From assembly GCA_965153355.1 (NCBI GenBank), contig OZ231126.1, positions 1,302,001 through 1,366,000 on the forward strand: DNA of 64,000 bases, in the 5' to 3' direction. This DNA is from Flaccisagitta enflata (Eukaryota). Under the pieces are notes generated by a model. That model did not search any database, was not told where the DNA came from, and saw nothing but the letters and a program-made list of their open reading frames with translations. Positions 28,135 through 38,479 of this stretch are shown one piece after another; position 1 is the first letter of the stretch, and every line of letters starts with the position of its first letter. Both the position numbers and the translations under genes were made by a program.

Positions 28135-30246
28135 TTAGCTGGCGGTCTGATTTTTCCAAGGCCTGGTTCGATTTTTCTTATTCCCAGGCTTGGGAGCGTC
28201 TTTTTGCGACGGGATCTGCTGACCGACTTTTTCTGCTGGAGAAGACGCAGGAGGTGGAGATGCTGCATCGCAATTCGGCGCCAGTCGAAATTTCGGACGT
28301 ACAGCGGACGCAGTTTTAAAGTCGACGGCCATAGCCGCCTTTGCGCGTTCCACCGCTTCCTCTTTCTTCTTAGCCTTCATCGCACAGGCCTGCTTCTCCT
28401 TTTCAAGCTGCTTCTCCAGTTCCACGACTCGCTTATTGCCTTTGACCACCTCATTGTCCGCAGCCATTGCTGCTCGACGAGCATCGTCTCTCTCCTTTTG
28501 GATATTGCGACGAATCCTCTCGTCTAAGACTTGACGAGCCGCTTCAACTCGTTGACGCGGCGGAAGCGACGCGAAGAAGTCTTTTGGAAGCCTTGATGCT
28601 AAATTCTTCACCACCCCCAATGGAGCATTTGAGGTCAGTAAAGAGGCTTCTCGTAGCAATGACTCGGCGATGTGGTGTCCATGCGCAGGATCAAAGGCTG
28701 GATCCGACGGGGGAGGCGGGTTCTGCACTTGCTGCAGACCTTGGGCAGACTCGGTTTGCTGACGAGGCGCTACACCAGCTTTAACAGATGCTGAAGCACC
28801 GCCAACTAGTTCGCTTCCTACCGCGGCTTTTGATGGCTGCGAGTGAAAGGAAGACGCTCCCGTCTGCTGACCAGAGACTTGAGGTTTAACAGCGGACGCC
28901 GAAGCACCGCAAGTAGAACCTCCCTTGGTTGCTGCTTTGTGCTTCTTCCCAGCTCTCTTGGTCTTCTTCCCCTTTGCTGCCGCTGCCCCAGGCGCCTGAT
29001 CCAGCTTCTGGGTTGCTGCCAACGTTGCCGTCGACGAACCGCTTGAAGCTTCTCCTTGGCCTTTGGGCGTTACTGCTGCAGGGGGCGCGCCTGGAGGCGC
29101 TTGAAGGGGGCCTTTGCTTTTGGAATTTGGCCCTTTTTGTTGACTCGGCACATTGCGCGTTTGTGGAGTCTTTCCCCGACGTGATCTCTTCGACTGTTGT
29201 GAGGGAGTGACGTCACGAGGACCCTGTTGCTGCTGATTTGGGGGATGAACCAATCCAGGGCGCGATTGACGACTTCCTGATGCTGTAGAGTGAATTGCCG
29301 CTGATGTAGCTGCGGCTGCGTCGAGCACGAATACCGCTGGTGGAGTTGCGGAAGCGTCGACGGAAGTTGCACCAGGAGGCTTCGGAGCCGCATTCTTCCT
29401 CTTCGTCGCCTGGACCATGCGACGAACCTCCTTATCATGCTCCCTCCTTCTCTTATTGCTTTGGATTTTGCGCTCCAGAGTCTCCGAGCCAAGCTCTGTT
29501 TGATTAGCCGATGAGCGCATGAGAGTTTGTTTGTTGCAGCATACCGAAAGTTTTTCAAACTCTTTGAAGAGGAGAGATACTCCGACGTCCGGGCTGATGA
29601 TACGATACCACCAACGCGCCTGCATCCGTTGGTGTTTCTCTTCCGGCGTCGCAGTGTCCACTTCCGGGTCAATGTCTTTCTCCACCGCCTCCCCATTCAC
29701 TAACACCTCCTCCTCTGTTTCCATCCCCTCCTCCTCCACTCTTGCTCCATCATTGACCGATCTCTCTCTCTCTTCGCCCCCGCTGCGTTGACGTGCAGCT
29801 GCAGACGCTTGATCACGAGACGCTGGGCGACCGAAATCAAGGCAAAATTGGCGAGGCGATGGGGGCAAATCCGATGATGATGACGCCGCCGCGGAAGTGG
29901 TGGATAAGTCCGTCGGCGGCCGATTGATCGAGATCCGCCTCGAACCTCCATCTCTGATGACCACCAATGGAGGAAGCGACGCGGGATCAACGGCGTTGGA
30001 TGGCTGTTGACGATTTACCAACGCATCATCTTGTTGACGCTTTTTATTCGCCATTTTTGCGTCTACGACGGAACGAAGGTCGCCATTGAAGGCTGCCAAC
30101 GCGACAGCCTCCTCCTCCGCCCCGAACGACGTCGTGGATGCAGATCCCTCTCGAGTCGAGCCGTCGTTGAAGAGTCGATGAAGATCCAAGGATCCGTACG
30201 ACGTCGACACGTCGGCTTCTGCCTCGAGACGCTGCTGACGGGACAT
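28135..30246 (-). CDS. Accessory ORF between integrase and 3' LTR, ~703 aa, low-complexity/coiled-coil, basic C-terminus, function unknown
   Basis: Uninterrupted ORF (open from 30528; first plausible ATG 30246, MSRQQRLEAE); no signal peptide or TM segment in this span; splice-acceptor-like TTCTTACCTTATCAG at ~30339. Confidence 0.75.
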   Translation of the reverse strand: MSRQQRLEAEADVSTSYGSLDLHRLFNDGSTREGSASTTSFGAEEEAVALAAFNGDLRSVVDAKMANKKRQQDDALVNRQQPSNAVDPASLPPLVVIRDGGSRRISINRPPTDLSTTSAAASSSSDLPPSPRQFCLDFGRPASRDQASAAARQRSGGEERERSVNDGARVEEEGMETEEEVLVNGEAVEKDIDPEVDTATPEEKHQRMQARWWYRIISPDVGVSLLFKEFEKLSVCCNKQTLMRSSANQTELGSETLERKIQSNKRRREHDKEVRRMVQATKRKNAAPKPPGATSVDASATPPAVFVLDAAAATSAAIHSTASGSRQSRPGLVHPPNQQQQGPRDVTPSQQSKRSRRGKTPQTRNVPSQQKGPNSKSKGPLQAPPGAPPAAVTPKGQGEASSGSSTATLAATQKLDQAPGAAAAKGKKTKRAGKKHKAATKGGSTCGASASAVKPQVSGQQTGASSFHSQPSKAAVGSELVGGASASVKAGVAPRQQTESAQGLQQVQNPPPPSDPAFDPAHGHHIAESLLREASLLTSNAPLGVVKNLASRLPKDFFASLPPRQRVEAARQVLDERIRRNIQKERDDARRAAMAADNEVVKGNKRVVELEKQLEKEKQACAMKAKKKEEAVERAKAAMAVDFKTASAVRPKFRLAPNCDAASPPPASSPAEKVGQQIPSQKDAPKPGNKKNRTRPWKNQTAS

Positions 30247-30596
30247 CTTGACTTCGACGAGCGACTTCAAGATGCGAACTGACTTCGTAGATGGAATGAC
30301 GTCGTCAGCGGAAGCTTTGAAATGTTCGTATTGAAGAACTGATAAGGTAAGAACGGATTTGGCACAATAATATGTACATATAGACAGAGCGAATGAATCA
30401 GTGTTTTGATGTGTAAGTGGAAATGGACAACATAATTGACAAGAGGAAAGATGAAAGCATGGATAATCAGAACCAAATATGAATAATAACAACTCTTTGT
30501 AAATATAACAAGTCAGAGTATCAATCACTCATATCTATAGTTACTAATGGACAGGCCCATGCGCCTTTTTCTCTCTCTCTCAAAACTTAGCGTTTT

Positions 30597-33500
30597 TTAT
30601 GAGTCCAATTCCAGCCGCACAAGCTTCGTGCGGTCTTTCGTCACGATCTTTCCATCTTGGCGCCGGATGTGAGCCCTCCGGACATGGGCTGACGAACCCT
30701 CGACGCCCATGACACGTCCTAAGCTCCAATTGTGACGAGGTAGCGTTTCGTCCATGACGATGACCATGTCATCAACCGCAAAGTCTCTCTCGGATCTCGA
30801 CCATTTGCTTCGCGCATGAAGAAGCGACAAATATTCGACCCTCCACGATTTCCAAAATGCATCCACACGCGATTGCGCACGCCTCCATTGAATCTTCGCG
30901 GAGTCGGCGTCAGAATTGACGCCTTGTTGCACCAGATCCAGAGGGGCATGGCCGGATGTTGATGGATTGAGGATATGATTCGGTGTAAGGGCCTCAGAGT
31001 CATTTGGATCATCGCTGAGCGCTGTTAGAGGACGGCGATTGAGAATTCCTTCAACTTCGACGACGGCAGTGTTGAAGGCGTCGACGTGGAGGATGGCGCC
31101 AGTTGAGATGGAGGCAAGATGGCGCTTAAAGAGAGCGACGATTCTCTCCCACACCCCTCCATAGTGGGGTGTTCTCGGCGTGATAAAATCCCACCGAAGG
31201 CCGCGCCGCTGCAATTCGGGAGTTGACGAGCGGTTCCAAGCTTCCATTTCCTTCTTGAGGATGTTGTTGGCGCCGACTAGATTCGTTCCACAATCTGATG
31301 TGAAACGGCGGATTCCTGGGCGCCTTGCTGCAAAGCGGATGATTGCGTTTACCATCGCATCGGCTGACATGTTGAAGAGCAATTCCACATGGACGGCGCG
31401 TGACACGAAACAGGTGAACACTGCGATCCACACCTTGTGATCAGCACGCCCGTTCATTTTTACCATGAAATGCCCCATGACGTCCAATCCAGTCTCTGCA
31501 AAGACAGGCGCCGGATTGACGCGATTTGATGGAAGATTGGCCATTTGCTGATTTGCGTTCTTTTTAAAGTTCTTCTGGCATCTAAAGCACGTGTTGACGA
31601 CGCTCTTGACGGCCTGAAGACCTTTTGTAATCCACACAAATTGGCGTAATTGGCACAATGTATGCTTTGCACCCGCGTGAAAATCATTATGATGATAATG
31701 GCGAATTAATGATTTCACATTCTCGTCTTTTGGCGGCAGGATGAAGGGAAATTTAGCGTCGTGAGAGATGTCGGCATTCTCCAATCGACTGCCGACGCGA
31801 AGGATGCCGTCGTCGTCGACGAAAGGGTTCAGCTTCCGCATCTCCTTGTTCTTTATGATAAAGTCACGACGGCTTTCTGGCTTGAAGACTTTTCCCAATT
31901 CCAATTGTTCGAAGACGTCAGAATAATGCTGCCGCTGCATTGACTTGACGAGCTGTTTGCGCGCCTCCTCCACGACGTCTTGCGTCACTTCCGGTTTGGG
32001 AAGGAGATCTTTTGTTGCTCGTGTCTTCGCCCTTGGATACGCTCTCCACCTTTTGACTGCGATGAGAACCATGCCGATAATCCGCAATTTCTGCATCCAT
32101 TTTCCCCGAGAAGCGGCTGCAAGAAGTATCGCGTCAGCCACTTGTTTCTTTTCACTCTCAGCCGCATACAGAGCGGCGACCTGTGCAGAAATAGGGCACG
32201 TCGCGATGTTCGTCTTTGGCCATTGATCTTCGGGAAGACGCAAAAATGCAGGGCCGTGATGGAATTGACGCCATTTTTCGGCTTCATGGGCCTGGATGCC
32301 TCTGCTACAGTGGTCCGCCGGGTTGTTTGACGAGTCAACCCAGCGCCACTGTTGAGGATCAGACCCACTATGGATCTTGGAGAGACGATTGGCGAAGAAT
32401 ACAGGCCTCGGTTTTGCCGGATTGTAAATCATCTTCAGTGCAGATTCAGAATCAGACCAAAATCTGACGACGAGATTGTCCAAGTTGATGGTCCTTCCGA
32501 CGAAGCGTTTGAGCTGCACTGCTTTTTCTGCGGATACAATCTCGACACGTGGAACGCTGTTGTGATGAGAAGCACGTTTTGGATTGAGTGGGATGACGTG
32601 AGATTTGGAGGCAAGGAATGAAATGTGAACATCTCCATCTCGGTTGACTTGACGTCGATATGCAACTGCTCCATATCCGCCTTTTGGAGCTGCATCGCAA
32701 AATAACTCGATTGTGACTTCCGCAATGTCGCTATTGTCGACGCCGCCATTCCACCAGCGTTCAATTCGATATTGTTGTAGAAGAGGCCAAGATGAAGTAT
32801 AGCGGAAGAAAGATTCCTCGACGCTCTCTTCCAAGGGCGAATCCCATCCCACTTCCTGTGGACGACAGAGTTGAAGATGTCGTCTACCGATGTATGCGCT
32901 TGGGCTCCAAAAACCCAATGGATCGTAAAGTTTCGCTTGCATAGAGACCAATTGACGAGGTGTTTTTGCTCTAAGAGTTTTGAATTCTTCGTCGCAGATG
33001 AAAATAAAGACGTCTTCCGCCGGAAGCCATGAGACGCCCAACACCTTCGTCGGCGCATCATCTTGCTTATCTGAAATGGGGATTGGCACATTTGGATCTC
33101 CATCCATCAATTGCCGCGCATTGCTTTTCCACTTCACAAGATCCATCCCGCCTTCAGCCATCGCCGCCACTGAATCCACCTTTAGTTGCAGTGCTTCGTC
33201 GACCGAATCCCCACCCCCACTTCCGTCGTCGACGTAAAAACCATAGCGAATAAGATCGTAGACGTTGTAGGGATATTTGGGCCGGATTACTTCAGCATGC
33301 TTTCTGACGGTGAAAGACGTGACGAATGAGCTGGATTGGCTGCCGAAGACATGTGATAAGAACAGATTCAAAATGGCTTCTCGTAGAGTACGGTCTTTGA
33401 ACCAAAAGAATCTGAACAGATCAGCGTCGTCAGGATGGACGCGGATCTGGTGGAAGAACGCCTTTATGTCACACATAAAGGCGATCTTCCACTGACGAAA

Positions 33501-34238
33501 ACGCATGAGGATGTCCATTAAGCTATTCATCAAATTTGGACCTCCGACGAGCAAATCATTGAGTGAGATCCCGTCGGTCGCCGCACGCGCATCGTGACAT
33601 ACGCGCGTTTTTCCGCGCAGTTCAACAATATGAAGCGGTAAGTACCAGCGCGGTTTCTCAATGCCGTCGTCGTCGTCGACGTTATCAATCTCAATCGCCA
33701 CTCCCGTCTCGTAAAACTTCTCGATTTCACGGAAGACTCTTTCTTTGAAGGCTGGATCACGCTTGAAGCGAAAACGTTGATTACCGAGTCGCTTCATCGC
33801 AGTTGGTCGTGATTTTACTCTTCTCAGAATCTCCATGATTTTCTCGTGATGAAATTTCCACGTGACGGGAGCAAAGTACTTTTTCACAATTGGGCAAAAA
33901 TATGTCTTTTCCTCTAACGTTTTGCACGCTCTGACATTTTCAAGGGAATCACCCATCTCCTCTTGCGAGACGATTGACGATGCAAAGTCATGGTAGAAGA
34001 TGCGGTCAATGTTGCTGTTGAGGACGCGATTGTCGAGGATGCGATCGATATTATCGTTGAGGACGCGGTCATCCGTCGCGATAGCGTTGATCGACGCAAT
34101 ATCTCGTCCTCTCTTGCCCGTTTTCCACATACAGTCCAACCGAACAGACATCTGAAGCAAGTCAAAGATCCTGAAGGCCCGGCGGATTTCTTGAGCGACG
34201 GCGGCATCCGCATGCGCCGCTCCGATGATCATCATCAC
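30597..34238 (-). CDS. pol: Bel/Pao pol: RT, RNase H, integrase
   Basis: WYLPLH, RVCHDA, SLNDLLVGGPNL, DIKAFFHQI, FYVDD (RT); KVLGVSW, LYDPLG, FCDA, FWSDS, NPADHCSRG (RNase H region); H..H/CFRC, GLDVMG, SDCGTN, GVWERIV, FWKSWRVEYL (integrase). Confidence 0.97.
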   Translation of the reverse strand: MMMIIGAAHADAAVAQEIRRAFRIFDLLQMSVRLDCMWKTGKRGRDIASINAIATDDRVLNDNIDRILDNRVLNSNIDRIFYHDFASSIVSQEEMGDSLENVRACKTLEEKTYFCPIVKKYFAPVTWKFHHEKIMEILRRVKSRPTAMKRLGNQRFRFKRDPAFKERVFREIEKFYETGVAIEIDNVDDDDGIEKPRWYLPLHIVELRGKTRVCHDARAATDGISLNDLLVGGPNLMNSLMDILMRFRQWKIAFMCDIKAFFHQIRVHPDDADLFRFFWFKDRTLREAILNLFLSHVFGSQSSSFVTSFTVRKHAEVIRPKYPYNVYDLIRYGFYVDDGSGGGDSVDEALQLKVDSVAAMAEGGMDLVKWKSNARQLMDGDPNVPIPISDKQDDAPTKVLGVSWLPAEDVFIFICDEEFKTLRAKTPRQLVSMQAKLYDPLGFWSPSAYIGRRHLQLCRPQEVGWDSPLEESVEESFFRYTSSWPLLQQYRIERWWNGGVDNSDIAEVTIELFCDAAPKGGYGAVAYRRQVNRDGDVHISFLASKSHVIPLNPKRASHHNSVPRVEIVSAEKAVQLKRFVGRTINLDNLVVRFWSDSESALKMIYNPAKPRPVFFANRLSKIHSGSDPQQWRWVDSSNNPADHCSRGIQAHEAEKWRQFHHGPAFLRLPEDQWPKTNIATCPISAQVAALYAAESEKKQVADAILLAAASRGKWMQKLRIIGMVLIAVKRWRAYPRAKTRATKDLLPKPEVTQDVVEEARKQLVKSMQRQHYSDVFEQLELGKVFKPESRRDFIIKNKEMRKLNPFVDDDGILRVGSRLENADISHDAKFPFILPPKDENVKSLIRHYHHNDFHAGAKHTLCQLRQFVWITKGLQAVKSVVNTCFRCQKNFKKNANQQMANLPSNRVNPAPVFAETGLDVMGHFMVKMNGRADHKVWIAVFTCFVSRAVHVELLFNMSADAMVNAIIRFAARRPGIRRFTSDCGTNLVGANNILKKEMEAWNRSSTPELQRRGLRWDFITPRTPHYGGVWERIVALFKRHLASISTGAILHVDAFNTAVVEVEGILNRRPLTALSDDPNDSEALTPNHILNPSTSGHAPLDLVQQGVNSDADSAKIQWRRAQSRVDAFWKSWRVEYLSLLHARSKWSRSERDFAVDDMVIVMDETLPRHNWSLGRVMGVEGSSAHVRRAHIRRQDGKIVTKDRTKLVRLELDS

Positions 34239-34644
34239 CGCCTTCAGCTTCTGGAAATTTTATGCCTTCGATGTGAGGTTGGTCAGATAGGTCGCGGAGA
34301 AAAGGAGGAATGTCGCGTTCACTCGTTAACAAATCACCCACCAATGCGTCGTTGATGTCGACGACATATTCTTCGTCGACCGATTGCATAGTGAATGATG
34401 CGATGAAACGATCCTCAACAACATGACTTCCCACAGTAATCACCGTCATTTGCACTGTTTTTGTTGGAATCAGAAGACTGCGAATGACATTGGTACTGAT
34501 CACGTCGCGATCAGCGCCTGAGTCGATCATAGCGTAAATCGTCCTCTGCGCACCCGAAGAATTGTTTATGATAGTCACTGGAACAATCGGACGGACAACG
34601 TCGTCGAATGAAGAGACGGACCGCGACGTTGCCGTCGCCGCCAG
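34239..34644 (-). CDS. Bel/Pao aspartic protease domain
   Basis: RPIVPVTI...IYAMIDSGADRDVIS; in frame with gag past the TGA at 34645-34647; joined to pol by an apparent 2-nt deletion near 34238. Confidence 0.9.
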
Positions 34645-35934
34645 TCATGCCGTGACGTTAGAAGAGATCACCTCCGTAGGATTGGCTGCCTCCGCCGTCG
34701 ACGGAGCTGTTGGTGCTGCTGCAGCCTCTGACTTTTTGAAGGGAGCCAGCGGTACTTTATTTCCCTGCTTATTTTCTCCTTTCTTCTCTTCCTTTTCTTC
34801 TTTCTTATAGGTGCGCCCGTGGAGAATCGTTGCGTGCCGCTTCTTGCAGGTTTGGCAAGTCGGTCTGTTCGCGCATCCTTTGGCGTTGTGTCCTGGCGCG
34901 AGACAGTGGAAGCAAAGACGACGAGACATGATCTTTTGGACTCTCGCGTCCACTTCCAACTCTAACAGCTGATGACATTCTTCTGTCTGATGCATTCCAC
35001 TGCAGACGTTGCAGCGGTCCGTCGACTGCGTCTTTTGCTTGCCATTGGTCAAAGCATCTTCATATGATGATGGCGCTTCTTTCTCTGTAGTTGCGACTGC
35101 TGCCACTGATGCTGTTTTGCAGCTTGCGCCTTTGTTGCGCTGAATCACCGCCCATGTCTCGATCATATTGACCAAGTTGTCGAATGAAAATAATTGTCCA
35201 TTTTGGGCTGCTTCATGTTGCTTTTCCCAGAATTTATCTGCAAGATGAGGGACCCTCTTGTTGAGGATCTCCTGCAGCAGCTCGTCACGATAGCATTGTT
35301 GCACTTCTCCACAGGTCCTCGCAATCTTCTTTGCCTTTTGCAACCTTGCAGACAAATTGAAATGCCTTGCATGGTCGGCCGACTGGATCTTCGCCTCCGC
35401 GACGATTTCGTTGAACAGCGCCGCAATGTTGCAGCGCCTCGCCATGAAGACGACGTCCATTTTTGCAAAGGCGTCGTCAATTTCTCCTCTTGCTGTCGCT
35501 TCAGTTGCATCAATCGTCGCAGTTTCTATGATCTCTTTTGCCGGACCAGCAAACCACTTAGGCAATTCCAATAAGATGTCCATTTGCGTCAAGCCCTCAT
35601 GCTTCTCAGCATCTTTGAACTTCCTCTTCCACATCATAAAGTCGGTGGATGAAAGCTCCTGCAGAGGCTTCTCAGGTCTTGCTCTCTCCAACGCTTTGAG
35701 GCCGACCTCCCTTGCTCGCATGAGATCATTGTACGTCGCTCTTTCCAAAAACCTGTCCAGAGCTGGATTGTTGGGCATCTGAACATGGACTTCCGGTTGA
35801 CGGGCTACTTGATGATGCTCCACTTGATGATACGCTGGGGGTTGTTGGATGAAGGCATATTGACCCCCGACTTTTACCGGAGATCTCTTTTTGGTGGTTT
35901 TTACACTCCACCCAACTTCCTCTTGCTGATTCAC
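34645..35934 (-). CDS. gag: Bel/Pao Gag core with three zinc knuckles
   Basis: CNVCSGMHQTEEC, CFHCLAPGHNAKGC, CQTCKKRHATILH, the characteristic Bel/Pao triple knuckle. Confidence 0.93.
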   Translation of the reverse strand: MNQQEEVGWSVKTTKKRSPVKVGGQYAFIQQPPAYHQVEHHQVARQPEVHVQMPNNPALDRFLERATYNDLMRAREVGLKALERARPEKPLQELSSTDFMMWKRKFKDAEKHEGLTQMDILLELPKWFAGPAKEIIETATIDATEATARGEIDDAFAKMDVVFMARRCNIAALFNEIVAEAKIQSADHARHFNLSARLQKAKKIARTCGEVQQCYRDELLQEILNKRVPHLADKFWEKQHEAAQNGQLFSFDNLVNMIETWAVIQRNKGASCKTASVAAVATTEKEAPSSYEDALTNGKQKTQSTDRCNVCSGMHQTEECHQLLELEVDARVQKIMSRRLCFHCLAPGHNAKGCANRPTCQTCKKRHATILHGRTYKKEEKEEKKGENKQGNKVPLAPFKKSEAAAAPTAPSTAEAANPTEVISSNVTA

Positions 35935-38400
35935 TTGTTGTTGACGATCATCTTGATGGAATCTGGGAGCATCAAAATCTTGGCGGACGTACTGTCGCTG
36001 TTGTTGTTCTTCTTTTCGTTGTCTCTCTTCTGCTCGCGCTGCGGCAAGGTCAAAGTCTCTGCTGAATCTGCATCTTCAAACTATCCACTTCTTGCTGCAA
36101 ACGTTGATTCTGCTGGATGACTTCCGCTTGAGGCGTCGTTAGAGGCGCTTGCGCTACTTTCGGCGCCTTTGGCTGCAATCCACTCGTTGTCTTCTTGGGA
36201 GCGACTTTTCTTCTTTCTTTATCTTGCAGCTGCTGGGCCAACCGCGTCAGCGGCCTCTTGCTTCTGCCTCTGCGCATTGCCTCCGGCTGCATCACCTCCG
36301 CTTCCGGCTGTGTTGAAGACCTTTTCCTCTTGATGGGAAGACCAGTCTCCCTTCTAGCAGAACCAATCTACTACATCACTTCAAAAGGGAGAATCGTTGC
36401 TGCTGGGGTTTGATGATGCTGGACCTGATGCTGTTGCTGCTGTTAGCCGCTGCTGCTGCCACTGTTGATGTTGAAGCCGTTGCTGCTGGTCAGGACGCTG
36501 TTGCTGTTCATTCTGCTGCTGCAGTTGACGCTGACGCTGTCCTTGCTGCTGCTGCTGCTCCAACTGTTGCTGCTGCTGCATCGGCTGCTTGACGGACGTT
36601 TCCACTGACTGCACATGACGTTGCTGTATGTTCGAATTGAACGATCCCGGATTGAAATTTCTGAAGATAGATCGACGGTCTTTTGGCGGATGCTGCGGCT
36701 GCTGCTGGTCCAGCTCAGACAGTTGTCTAAGCTTCACATCCCGCTGCTCTAAAGCTCCACCAATGCCGCCTGCTCAGGCTATTCCAGTGCTTTCGTTGCA
36801 TTTCCGCCGCATTGTTGAATACACCTGCCCTTCTATCTTCATCTCGTTGCTGCTGCTGGCGAAAGTTACACATTCTGTCATATAACACTTTGTCTTCTTG
36901 TGATGAGCTTCGCTGTTGGAATCCCAATGGCACCGCGATCGGCGCCTTTGGAGCTGTTGCTGCATCACCACCTTCACCTTCAGCCATCATGCGCAGCGTT
37001 GATCTGCAGGCGTTGCTGTCTCCTCTTCTTCTGTCTCCTCACTGACGTTCATGCTTTATGCTTTCGACAAGATGGTTGTTTGAAGCTGGAGGATCCACTA
37101 CCACCGCTGGGATTGCGGCGGAAGGTTGCTGTTGCTGCTGCTGTTGCTGTTGCGTATTTTCTCCTGCATCGTTTTGCCGCTGTTGTTGTTGTTCGTGCAG
37201 CTGCATTGCCGTTTGTCGCAGCTCTTGTTGTTGTTGCTGTTGCTGTTGTTGCTGCTGTTGATGGTATTGTTGTTGTTGTTGGCGCCGGCTGCAGGATCTT
37301 GTTGACAAAATTGTTGGAGTTGCAACTGCTGCTGCAACAGCTCTTGCCTTTGTGTTGACGCATCGTTTGCTGCTGCTCCTGTGGTCGGTGGAGGTTGCCG
37401 TTGCTGTTGGAGTTGCTGCTGCTCATCTGCAATTGTTACCTGCTGTTGCTCCTGTCGCTGTCACTGCTCCTCCTCCCGTTGTTGCTGCTGCATATATCGT
37501 CAATCAGCCGACAGCCTTGTCGCATTTCCTCCTCCAACTGCCTGCCCCATCTGTCTCCTCCAGCACTCCTGTTGGCAGACGTCGCCTCGCCCTCTCCTGC
37601 AGCGTCAATCCGTTGATGATCACGCGGCCTCTTGCAAGAGCGTCGGCCAATTCGAGATCCACAAACATATCGTCAACCTGCTCCCATCAGAGACACGCGC
37701 GCAGGATTCAATTTCCGAGACCAAATCTGATACCCATTGATTGACGGCATCTCCTCTTTGGATCGGCAGCAGATTTAAAAATTGGCCGCCAGTTGGAGAT
37801 TGCGCACCATGTCGCGGGACCGGAAGTGGTAGATACTCGGATCCGTCGGGGTTGGCGAAGACGTTCGCGCATCCTTGAGTTGGAGCGCCAGTAACATTGT
37901 CACGGGCGGCGTGAGTGTCAGTTGGGAGACTGTTCCATGAGAATTCGTTGGCGGGTCTTTTGAGATTCACAATGTCATTCTGCACTGCATTCACGATGTC
38001 GGCGTTGGAAGGAAAACCCTCTGTAGATAGTTTTCACGATCAAAGAAACGCATGGAGTCCCATTAGCGTCGGATTCGACGCAAAGGCGCCAGCGGTGAAG
38101 AGGGTCGCCGGGCATCGAGTCGAGCGCCATTTGCCTTGCATGCGATATAAAGTCGTAGACCATGTCCCGAAGGCCGTGTCGAGCGCCATCCGATTCACAG
38201 GCGGCGTAGTCGAAGTCGTTCGTTCCGCCGGTGCAAGTAGAAGCGGCGTCGAAAAGGCGCCGGCATCCTTCCGCATTTCGCGGTGATGTGGAATTCTCAT
38301 TAACGCGCGGCGCAAAGCGATTACGACCTCGGACACTTGATTCAGAACGAAGTGAGATACACACGAAGTTGACGTTGAAGCAGTCGAGACGGTGTCGTCG
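35935..38400 (-). pseudogene. Glutamine-rich Gag N-terminal extension, broken by frameshifts (likely sequence errors)
   Basis: Chain of overlapping Q-rich ORFs on the element's strand leading into gag; partly shared with 1-850. Confidence 0.6.
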
Positions 38401-38479
38401 TTACGCGCAATGGCTGCCACATTGTCCAATTTCGCTCGGAGTCGAAGATGAAGAAAAGAATCGCGAGTCGTTTTTAAAT

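Noticed and set aside
28135-30528. Accessory ORF as a retroviral env
   Set aside because: No signal peptide, Cys-rich ectodomain or C-terminal TM anchor visible
34130-34245. Programmed frameshift between protease and RT
   Set aside because: No slippery heptamer; the other copy has two extra bases restoring the frame, and the conserved FGWTVCG motif is displaced into another frame, pointing to indel errors
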